This document shows positions 28,268 through 46,422 of a stretch of DNA of 63,388 nt, piece by piece. Origin of the DNA: Streblomastix strix (taxonomy: Eukaryota); the NCBI GenBank assembly GCA_008636045.1, contig SNRW01000002.1, positions 1 to 63,388 on the forward strand. The letters run 5' to 3'. Every line of letters begins with the position of its first letter. Position 1 is the stretch's first letter. The notes under the pieces are model-generated. The model saw only the letters and a list, made by a program, of their open reading frames with translations. It was not told the DNA's origin and made no database searches. A program made the position numbers and the translations under genes.

Positions 28268-30169
28268 ATGAGTAACAAACCATCAACATACAACGTTGAA
28301 GATTCAATTAACGGGCTGGGACTTGACATTTTATTGGAAGTTGTACGCGAAATGATGAATGTACGTGATATATAGAATGTATGAAATATTTTTATCTATT
28401 TTATTACTTATTTGTTCATTCAAATATTTTCTGCAGTTTGTCGTAATCTCCAAGAGTATTCTCAAAATTATAACTCATCCTCGTTTCTCTTGGTATGAGG
28501 ATAATACTTAAACGTTTCTATATTAAATATTTTATTATTATTTGACTAGGGCTATTGAGTAAGGTATTTTTAAAGTCTTAAATTGGTCTAATTAATAAAT
28601 TAATTTTTTGTGTTACAGTTACAAAAAGTCACATGGGCACTAAAGCATTGATTTTTGAACGGATGACATCTTTTGCTGAGATATTAAGACCTTCTAACTT
28701 AGCTAATCCAGAAATATAAGTGAATGCTGCATTATTTGAGATATGCCCATAATAAGAAGATTAAGACCCTGAAAATTTGGTTATTCGTTCGATGTGTGTT
28801 TTATAGAAGGAAATTTAAATTGATTAGTAGAATAACTTTACAGCATCATGTGTTATATGTATTGATGGTCATGGCCATCTTAAAGTGTACTTATTCAATT
28901 TATTTGTTAACAAGTTTATATTTATTATTAAATATTTAGAAACATCTATTTAATTTCGAAAATCATTTGCACTCTTCTATTGTAAATTCGTGCAAAGAGT
29001 GGTTTTCGAAGCTTGAATTACCAACAAACCAATAGAATGAAGATGTAATATTCCTTCGTGTTAAGAGTCAAGGTTAAATGTGCATGGCTTTGGCCCTTAG
29101 TGGAGAATTGTGGACTTTGGGAATAGGAGAATTTGGTTAAGCAAATAATGATCAAATGTTTAAGGTTCATCCGTCATTTGTATATAACAATGGACAGGTA
29201 GAATCATCTTTAGGACCATCTAGAATAAGACAATTCTGCTTTGATGATTTAAGAATTGTAGTCACTCTTGAAATTGGAGCAGTATTTATGCTTGGTAGTG
29301 TTGCTGATTTCTAAAGTTATGATGTAACATTGTCAGTCGATGGTTTTATTGAAATTACTGATAGATCCAAATTTAAACCAAGATTTATAACAGAAATTCG
29401 AGGGATTCTTCCAGATCAATCGGGTCCATATGGAATATTTGGAAAGCATAAACCCATTACATACTTCCGTAGGATGCACGCATTCCTTACTGATATTGGA
29501 GTAGTCATTGCAAGGTGCTATGCAATTGTAGAAGAAAAGAATTAATTCTTCTACACTCCAATTGATCCAAACTTTTTTAAATCAGATGTACAACATCCTT
29601 CAACCGTTACTTTTGAAGATGAAGATTCTTCAAATTAATTGGATTAATTATCCATTACTAATTAACATAAGAGTTCTCGTATGGAGACTATAGTTTCAAT
29701 GGACTCTCATGAACTTGATGCCTTTATCACTTCATAGGGTGTAGTTCATATTACAGATGGAGCTCGATCACTTCCCGAGTTCTATTTTTCGCTTCTTCAT
29801 CCATTACACAAGTTTCAGCTACCAATTCTATCGACTGCATTTAATAGACTCTTTCTAACTGAGTAAACTCACACCACAGTATTGTGCAGAGATGGGAGAT
29901 TCATTTCAATACTCTTTATTGGGAGTAAAAAGAATGATCCAAAAAGTAAGAAGAAAAAGAAAGGATCAGCACTTATATTTGATGGAAGTCATCTTGCTAA
30001 AGATCCTGTTGTTGAAGGTCCATTTACATACACAGCTTTGGATGTGAGCGAAAATCTATCAAGCTTGGTTTCAAACGCTAAGGTATAGAGTGTATTTCGT
30101 TCCAGCAAAGCCCTGTTTGCAAAGAACATTGGTCAGTGTGGAGTACCTTACACCGTTATTTATGAGTGA
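28268..30169 (+). CDS. Protein with F-box-like N-terminal motif and divergent RCC1/BLIP-II-like beta-propeller repeats, multi-exon
   Basis: N terminus LGLDILLEVVREMMNVRDIQN/FVVISKSILKIITHPRF. Repeats MCMALALSGELWTLGIGEFGQ, IVVTLEIGAVFMLG, HAFLTDIGVV, AFITSQGVV and HTTVLCRDGRF. Stop TGA at 30167-30169. Confidence 0.65.
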
Positions 30170-30647
30170 ATAATCATAAAATTAGGATTATTTTATATTC
30201 ACTTCTCTATATATAAACTAGCTATAAATTCATTAAATAAAATAAATGTTTTATGACTATCTAATAAGAAGTGTTTTTCCTTTGAAACATCGAACCTAAA
30301 TTAATTTGTGAAAATATGGAATAAGAACATAATAGATAGGACTATAATATGTTTATTTGTTAAATAAAAATAAAATAATATTTATTTATTTATTCACAAA
30401 ATTAACAATTTTTTATCTTGCAATCAATTTTTTTACTAAATCGATGAAATTCACATTTTTTTATATATTAATCGAGCAAGATTTTAAAGAAATTATTCTA
30501 AACATATAGCATACATTATATGAAACCAAATAAAATATAATTAATAGAACACTAAAAATCTTCTACACCAAAAAAATACATTCATAAATTCTTAAATTTT
30601 TGATTAAAAATTCATAGATTTCTTTACTTTTATAAAATAAACTAGAA

Positions 30648-33600
30648 ATGACGCAGCAGAAAATATTTTCACAAATAAGAGATAATAGCATTTTATCACC
30701 AAATGTACCACTTCAATCTCAAAACCATGCAAGCCAATCACAAGGCTTCTTTTAAAGATGGCGCTTTAGTAATTAAAACAGATTGGATCCATTGAATAAG
30801 CAACTTTCAAATCACTAATCATATGAATCTCATGATTCCTCATCGAAATAAACACCCAGAAACTCTTAATCTTCAGGACAACAACAATAATAATAGATTG
30901 TAGCTGCAGCATAAGCATTACAAAACTAAATAGCACCATAAAGAAAAAGACTTGGAATGGGTTTATTACGTCAGATACAACCCAAAGCTTTTGGCATTAT
31001 CACACCAAGAATAATTTCATCTTTGAATAACAAATCAACAACCAATGCACCACAACTTGATTTTTCTTAAATGGAATAGTCAACAGAATAAAATAAACCT
31101 GAATAATAATAACCTTCGAAACAACCTAAAAATTAATAAGTTCCTTATATAAATCAATACGTTTGATATCCTCCAATTAAACCAACTCCCCTTCCAAAGC
31201 CAAAATCTCTTTAACTACTTGCTCAATCTTCTAATGCATAATCTATTACTCCATAATCAGCTCCTTCTATCAACAAAAATAATTCTATTTAAAGATTTTA
31301 AAACCTCAGAGATAGGAAAATGTCTAATGCTGGAAATAAATAGCTTCCTTCTTCATCATCTTCAGCAGGATTATTACCCATTTAAATGCAAGGATAACAA
31401 TAATTGAATACATAATTAAACACTAAAACGTCATTGATATAGAATAATTTAATGAATAATATTGGGTAAGTATAATAATAGGTATAGATTTAGTAGTAAT
31501 TATCTAAACCACTCACTTTATCTCAGAATTCTATGCCTCCACCTTCAAAAACAATTTATGATAGAAATGAAGGTTAGAATAATATTTAATAAACAAATTA
31601 AATAACTACATCCAAATAGAACCATCAATATAATATTGAAACAAAGGGTGAAAATAAAACAATATTAGAACAGCTTGAATCTTCACGAATCCATTCTGAA
31701 AATTCAATATATTCATCAATGCCTAATGTCACTTCAAAATAACTTTAATATCAAACACTCACTTCAATTCCTGCAAGAATCCCTGTTCAATAATAATTAT
31801 CATCTCCTCCCTTATCTCAACATTCACTCACTCATTCATCATAGAATTCACCTCCATAATAGAGATCTCCATTTATTACTCATTCTCCATTCTCTTTATC
31901 TCCTTTTACTCCCCAAACTCCAAATATGAAGCATCCTCCCATTTCACCACTGCAGAGTCCTAGAACAATGCAGTAGTAATCACTGCAGAGATAACTTCAA
32001 ACTTCGTTGGAAGAGAAATCAATGTTATTGCGTCGCATGTTTGAACTTGAGGATGCAGAAAGAATTTGAATGCGTGAAAGAGAAAAAGAGAAGAATAATG
32101 AAATTGAAAAGATATTATAACTTGAGAGAGAGATTGAAAAATATAAGAAAATGGAAAAATAAAAAGAATTGAAGGATGAGAAATAAAGAATGATTGGTAA
32201 CAATTAACTTAATGATGATGAGCCTGTTTATGAATAAAAAATATTGGATACTTTACCAAAAAAGTAGAAAAAAGTCAGAATTGTGGAATAAATATAAGAC
32301 ATTTAATAAATATAAAATAAGGATGATGTGAATTATGAAGAACTTCATGAAGATTCTATTCTTGAAAAAGTTAATTTATTTAATACTCCTCTTGAAATAA
32401 AAGAAGAAGAAAATTCATTTTTGTTTAATAGTCTCATTTTTGGAGATGAAGATGAAGAACATGACATCATTGATGAATAGAGAAATTATATATTCTATTT
32501 TAATGATATTGAGAATTCAGATGAATCAAATGATGAAAGTGAAGATTATGATGAAAAAGATTAATAAGATTAGGAAAACGAAATTGATTAAGAATCTGAA
32601 GATGATAAAATAGAAGAATACAATGATTTGATTATGAATTTTAAATTTAATACTAAATAAGAAACAAATACATTTACATAATCTGAATATCAATAAGAAA
32701 TTAAAAATACAAATTAATTATTCAATTCAAATGAAATCGATAATTATAACTCATATATTGATATAATAAAAGATTAAATATAAGAATAATCATCACACTA
32801 AACTGAATTTGATGAATTAAAAGAGAATTAATTGGAGAAAAAGAAAATGAGAGAAATTAAAAAGAAAGAAAGAGATTCTGTAAGAGAATAAATACATAAC
32901 AAAGCAATTGATAATAAAAACAATTCAATTGACGAAATCCAACAAAATGATAATAATAGTTAATTTAGAGAAATTAAAAATAGAAAATATTTGTGGGGTT
33001 GGAGAAATGGTGGAGAATTTGAGAATGATAATGTTAATTTATCTCATTAAAATGACCAATGAAGATCACTCAATGGAATTGTCACTCCTTTTTCTGATGT
33101 AGATAATCTTTGCATTTCACATGAAGAGCTGGAAATATAGAAAAGTGAATAAAGAAACAGTAGTTAATAATTTTAAGATTAAATTTATAAAGATATATTA
33201 TTATAAAATAATGAAAACAAATCAAATTTTTATGACTTCAACAATTTCAAAACACAGAATCTTAATAAAACATTTTTATCATCCAAATCATCAATTTTAT
33301 CTTCTCCTTTAACTCTTCCAAATTCGCATTCAATTCAAAATAAATAATTAATTTAATAATAATCTTTAACTTCATCTAATAATATATAGTCAAATTAATT
33401 TAACTTAATTATGAATAACTATTTATCAAAAATGATATAGGAATCTTAAGGATTTAATAACCTTCTTTATTCTATATTTAATATGTATTAATTCTAGAAT
33501 AATTTCATAATAGAAGACGAAATAATATGTGAATCGGAAGATGAAGAAATATTGATGAATACAATGATAAATAAATAGATAGTAAAAAATGAGAATAATT

Positions 33601-36600
33601 AATATAAATATAGCAACCACAATGACAATTTACCCTTTTTTAATTCTCCTTATAATTAAATATAAATGCCTTAATTATCTATATTAACATCAATAATCAG
33701 CAAAGCTCTTACTTCAGATATAGAAGAACTATTAAGAACTGTCGCATCTTTTCCTTATTTTGCACATGTAACAACTTAACATCCATAAACACAAAATAAT
33801 TAATAGCATATGTCTTATTTCAATAATTTATTTATAGAATAATAACAATAAAAAGTTCTACTCCCAAATTTTTAATTAATTCCAAATATTTCTTATCTTC
33901 CAAATATGCAATTTATTCTTTCATCAATTTTATTATATTCTCCAATATCTCTAATTTCACTTTGTAAGATCATATAAATTATTCTTTAGTCTAATTATTC
34001 TTCAATTATAGCCGAAATGATTTGGAATTTACCTTATACACATTTCAGTTAAGAATCGGAAAGAGGTTTAAATCTGAAAAATATTGAATAAAACCTGAAT
34101 TAGAATATATTAAAGAAAGAAAACGAGGATAATAATAATAATTCCAGTTATGATCTAAATGGAAATGCAATTGTGTATAAAGGAGACAATCTACTTCCTC
34201 CTTTGATAGAAATGAAAGAATTGAATAAACTATTTTAATCTGATAGATGGCTTTGTGAAGCAAATGTTGATGAAAACGAAGATGAAGAAATGATCGATGA
34301 GGATGAAGAAATAAATGATAATATTGATATCAGTACTTAAAAATATTAAGAAGAGAATTAATATGGGAGAAATAAAAAAATGAAAAAAAGAAATTAAATT
34401 TAAGATGATAATTGGGGAGATGAATTAGATTATTCAGATGAGGATGAATTAAAAGACAATTAGATTGAATCTGTAAATATTAAGAATAAAGATAATTTAA
34501 ACAAGGAAATGGATATTAATATTTAAACAATAAAAGAAGATGAAATAAGTAATATTAATAATATAAATATAAATATAGAAGAATAATTAATGTCATGTTA
34601 ATGTAATCTGGAATTGTCTTGTGGATAAGCCTTTTTCTTGTTTTTCCCAAATAATTCTGATTCTAAAAACCAATTGAATAAAGAAATTGAAATTAATAAG
34701 CTTATCCATTATTTATCTACATTATTCCTCTCCATATCATTATTCTAACCAAATTATAACAGAAATTAGCGATACATTTAAAAAAATAGTAAATTTGAAT
34801 AATCATCAAAAATTATACAATTATTTAACATTTTTGATCCATATGATGATAATGATGAAAATTATTCTAATGAAGAATAATTATAAATATAAAGCAGTAT
34901 TTATTAGGAAGATGATGAAGATGATAAAGAAATAATTTATTTTGAAGATTTGAATTAAATTAAAGAAATTGATAATAATGATGAAAAGGAAAATATACAT
35001 AAAAATGAGAATGGAAATAAATTAATGGATAAAGACGTTGAATAAGTCAATGAAAATACACATGAGATAATGTAAAATGAAATTGAGTAATAAATTATAA
35101 AAGAAAAAGAAACAAATAAGCATATTAGACTTATAGATCCAATTCTTATAACATTGCAAATTGAATAAAATAATTAAAAAGAGGAATAGAAGATGAAAAA
35201 TAGAAATCAATATTTTAGTGGATAAGTAGAAGAATAAGAATCAAAATAGTTAATTAATAATGTAGATAATATAAAATAATAGAATAATATTGAACATTAA
35301 TAACCTTCACACATTATTAAGCTTTCTTCATCACAAAATATATCTTAGTAAAACTCGGTAAATATTTTCTTTATTGATAAAGATTCAATAAATTTCTGCC
35401 TTTTTTGCCGATAATAATTAGACTTTATAAGAGATAAAAGAAAAGAATAATCAATTTCAGATGAAAAAGGCCACATTTAAGTTGAAGAATAGGAGATAAA
35501 CAAAAAGAAGGGTTTAGAAAAATAAATTTAAATTTTTAGTGAAGACAAAGTTAAAAATATAAAGGGTCAAATTAATAGTAGTATTGATATTAATTAAAAC
35601 AAATAATACTTTAATATGATAAAAATAAATGAGGATATTAGTTTCAGTCCAATAAGTATTATTTTAGGAAGAGAAAACATAAATAATGATGTTTTAAATC
35701 AACACGAAATAATAATATAATCATACTTAGCACTCAATTCAGATTAATAACAATATTAATCTTAATAATAATTACTTGAATTGTTAAATGATTAAAGAAT
35801 AATTGATGTAATCAATGTTACTAAGGATAGAGTAGTTAATTTCTTAGTTGCCTTAAACTCTTAGTTTTAATATTAATTTAATAATTAAACTGATAAATTT
35901 GATTAAATATAAAGTTAAAGAAAAAAATAAAGAAATAAAGGAGCACTAAAAAGAAACTCAAGATTGAAAGCTATGATCAAAGAAAAGGAACATGATAATA
36001 ATTTATTTCCAGATTAATAAAAATAATAAAAATAAAATGGTGATAAAGATATGGATTATTTACAACATAAGGTAAAAAGAAAACGAAGCCAAAGCCCGTC
36101 TCCAAATTCATTGAGATTACAAAATAATAATTATATTTGTGAAAAAGAAAATCCTATTTAATTAATTGATAATATGAATAATTTAAATAATATCAATAAT
36201 TCAACATGGAATTCATACCACAATATTGCTATTGAAATGTGTCTCCATACATTATTCATTTAATAATCAATTTAATTTTTAACAAGATCTCCTATATATT
36301 AAATCAATAATAAATAATTAAAGAAATAATATGAAAATAAAAACAAATTAGATATTGAAAATCATAATAATACACAATCAAACGATTAATTAAATGAAGA
36401 TATTAAAACAAAGAATGAAAATAATTAAGATAATCATATTGTTATTGATTTGGATGATTCTGATGATAACGAAGGAAAAGATAATATTATAAATAAGATA
36501 GAAGAAAGAAAAAATAATATGAAAAATAGTTAAGATTTTCATACTGATTGTACAAATAACGAATAAGTATAGAACAATGATCTGGTTACCCTTCTTTAAT

Positions 36601-39311
36601 CAATACTTATCTATATTGAACCAACAAAAAATACGAGTTATATTACTGAATTAAATTTTAATTATTATCATTTTCAAACTCCGTAATAATAACTTGGTGA
36701 TATTGATGAAACTAGTGAAAAATGTTTAAATTCTTATGTATTTATACCAAGTCATTTAAATAGAATTTCCCTTCATCTATTATTTTCAATTGTTAACATA
36801 GATATATTTACTTATTGTTTGTTGGCTAATTATGCTTAATAATAAAGTCAACATGAAATTTAAAAGAATCAAACTTGTATAAACAATATTACATAATCAT
36901 AAACATAACTTTATGGTATAAGCTAATACAGTAAAAAATCAAACTAATTTCTCTCAGAATTTATTCGAAAGATTCTTCTTCTTCTCATTGGTGAATTAAT
37001 TAATATTTGTTTGATATTTGTAAACTATAACAATGTTTAAATGGTTAATAAAGATTTAAAAAATATTTAAAATTGTTTAATTTCTATTGCTCGAATAATC
37101 CAATTATTTAGAATTGTATTTGTTGATTGGCGACATAGATTAAATGAGAAGAGAAAGAAATAGAAGCAAATTGAAAGATATTTTGACTTTAATAATAATT
37201 TATTTGAATAAATGAAGACTGAAGAAGAAGAAGAAGAAGAATCAATATCAAAATAATATTCTTCAGGTGAAAGTTTTTTCCAATAAATATATAAAATGAT
37301 TTGCATTGTGCGTGCTGTTTAAAGTAGAGTACAATAAAAAAAAGACCAAAAGAAATTGATTAGGAAGAGACTTTAAAGACATAAATTATATTATATAGCA
37401 TAATTTAATTAACACCAGCTAATAAAAACAACTGATAGCACTGATGATAATAATATATAAATTACAGAAATGAAAGAAAATAATCCAGAATAATTACATA
37501 ATAAGAATGATAGTAAGAATGACAATATGCTTGAAGAATATCAATTAGATAAATAAAACAAAATAACATATGGATTCAATTAGTTTAGAGGAATGGATAT
37601 GTTTAGAGGATTGGAACAAACTATGGAAGGAGTCTATTTAAATATTTTTGATTCATTTTTGATAGGTATTATCTCATAATAAAAGCTTCATCAATTTGCT
37701 TAAAATTAACAGTAGTTTGGAATTTTGAAATTCAATGATAATCATGAAATTATCAAATCAAATAATCAAATTTCATCATCTTTGAATCATGATGATTATT
37801 CTTCGTTATCATAATCGCAAATGCCTGAGTATGTATTATAATTATAATCTCCTTTTCGTGCGAATCATATTTTAAGTAATAAGAGATATAATACATCATA
37901 AGATTCAAACAAGTCAAATATTCTATCAAACTCAACTACATCTTTCAATATTAACACTATTTCAGAAGAATAAAATATTGATTCATTACATTAAAGGAAA
38001 GATTAATTTCAAAATTAAGATGATGATAATATTTATTCTGATCCAACTCATTCTATAGCGAATTAAACATTTAAGAGATCTACAAATGAAATACTTCCTA
38101 ATCTCATAGCAGCATTTATGGTGATGATTAATGTAGAAGATATCTGTGGTGTTGATTTTACAGTCGTCTCTCTCTTACTTCATACATTATAAGCTGCACA
38201 AAGCATTCTTGAATTTATAATTACGAACTTATACTAATTTAAGATAATTAAAGATGATGAATTGAAGACAAAAAGTACTGATGTTAAATAATAAATTAAT
38301 CTTAGGGCTGCAGAACTGAATTCGCTTTTTGTGTTATAATCTTTGCAAGAACTCTTAACTATTGAAAATGCTGAGTTATTAAAGATATAGAAAAATATTT
38401 AAACTGATGATGATACTCTTACTCTACTTTGCGAGTATAATTAAAGATAATAAATAAGAAAACCTCTTTTAGTTTAATCGTTTTCTGAATAAATGAGATT
38501 ACTTAGATAATCAATAGGAATAATGTACTAAGATCTTGTAGATTTATCTTCAGAAAGTGATTATGACTCAAATGATAAATCCTCTCATAATAATTAGGAC
38601 TATTAATATAAAAGAGAAAAATAAGCTAATATAATACTTTCATAAGTTTTATATTTATCAAATTAATTCCTTTTTCTCATTAATGTTGTGTCTCGACCAT
38701 TTGTTCCAATCAATTCTCAAAAGATAATAAAATCTGTTTCATTCAATGTTTAGAATGATGGATAATTTAGATAAAATCATAATAATTCATATGAATTATT
38801 GGAATAAATAAATATTTTTACTGAATCAACGGCAAAATTAGATAATGTTCTACTAAAATGCGATGGAATTGAGTCATATAGAAGTGAATAATATAAATAT
38901 CGGATAAAATAGATGAAAAATGCACATAGAACATGGAAAGCTTGGGAAACTCTGTGTGATTATCAAATAAATTCCTAAACAAATAAGATATCGACATTAG
39001 AAGAACAAAGAGCGGAATCTGTTGATACTTAGTCATCTGAAGATAAAATTAACAATCATGGAAAAGAAATAGAATCAAATTATTAGGGAGATTTAGAAGA
39101 TGCAATTAATCGGAGATAATGGTATGAGTAGAAAAAAGAAATTGAAAGATTAAAAGAGACAGAATTGTCCAGAAATATCTTAATAGAAGATGGAGTCTAA
39201 CATTTGGTAGGGATTACTTCTTGGATTGCATCAGCATCAGCTGAACTATATGATGTAATTAAAAGGCGTTTTATACATAAAATTAATAACAGGAAAAAAA
39301 GAGTTTCATGA
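30648..39311 (+). CDS. Large single-frame hypothetical protein (2888 codons; Q/S/N/E-rich with helical segments) containing three in-frame TGA codons
   Basis: ATG 30648 and terminal TGA 39309-39311 are in the same frame, and the sequence reads as protein throughout with TAR=Gln. Internal TGA at 31164, 32067 and 33060. Confidence 0.7.
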
Positions 39312-39567
39312 AATTTTTATATTTCAATGTAGTAATAATATTTATTATACTCTCTTGCAATAATCAAATATAACATTAAAAAAAATAGTTAAATCAATTA
39401 ATTATTTCTAGAAAGTGCTAAAATAAAAATAATATTGTGAAAAATATATTAAAACATTTATTTATTAAATATGATTAAAAATATTTATACAATAAAAATG
39501 GTTGTTTTGATTGTTAATATCACCCAATTATGTGATTAGAAAGCTAAGATAATTTTTCAATGAAATT

Positions 39568-45579
<6,012 letters not shown>

Positions 45580-45696
45580 TTATTATAAAGTTATTCTTGG
45601 AAATAAACTAAAAAATAGAAATAAAATAAAAAAAATTATATCAAGAGAGTTTATTCAATTTTGATAATATAATCAAAGTTTAGTTAATGATGGATT

Positions 45697-46250
45697 TTAG
45701 TTCAAGTACAATTTCTATAAAGATATTCAATAAAAATTGGTGATAAAAGGAAAAGTAATTTAATGTCTTCTCAAATAGATTCCAATTCTCTAAAGTGTTA
45801 ATATTATGTGTGTTAACATGAAAATATGGAATATTTTCTAAATATATATATTATATTTTGTTGTACTTAATAGAGCGTGCACCGCATGCGTTTTAGTGAA
45901 TAAATTATCGACATAGTTTTGTGGTGTTAGAGAGTTAAAATATCATTTAATTTATTCATAAATACAAAAATATATATTTTATAAATGGAGCAAGTATATT
46001 GCATATAAAAGATTGAGTATAAAGCAGGGTAGACATGAATAATTCATTTCTTTAATCAGAGTCTGTGGATCATTATTATGATCATTTGTATTGAAATTCA
46101 AATAGTTCTATATAATTGATAAAGTGAATTATGTATTTTCAAACTTGAAATTTCTTGTGACTTCTATAATATTAGCAAATAATTTCTGATTTGGAACACA
46201 GATTTTACGACAGCACAAAGATTATGAACTAAAATTGCATTATTATAATA
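45697..46250. repeat. Dispersed intergenic repeat, copy C (~550 bp, more diverged)
   Basis: Colinear with 23942-24500 from ttcaataaaaattgg to gattttacgacag...aaaattgcatt. Confidence 0.9.
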
Positions 46251-46422
46251 ACTTTGCATATTAGTGTAAGAAATATTATTTTATTTTTTAAATAGAACTA
46301 TGAATAAAAAGTTAGGTAGATTAAGAAGTTGATCTGACATCAAATCCTTTACATGTTTGCATGCTGTTCATATTTTATGGCAATAAAAGATTTCAAATCA
46401 GTATTACATCATTCCCATTTAC

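Noticed and set aside
5152..33062. Internal TGA read as selenocysteine or tryptophan
   Set aside because: The sites are in charged or disordered non-redox contexts, no SECIS was recognised, and conserved Trp positions use TGG. Disfavoured rather than formally excluded.
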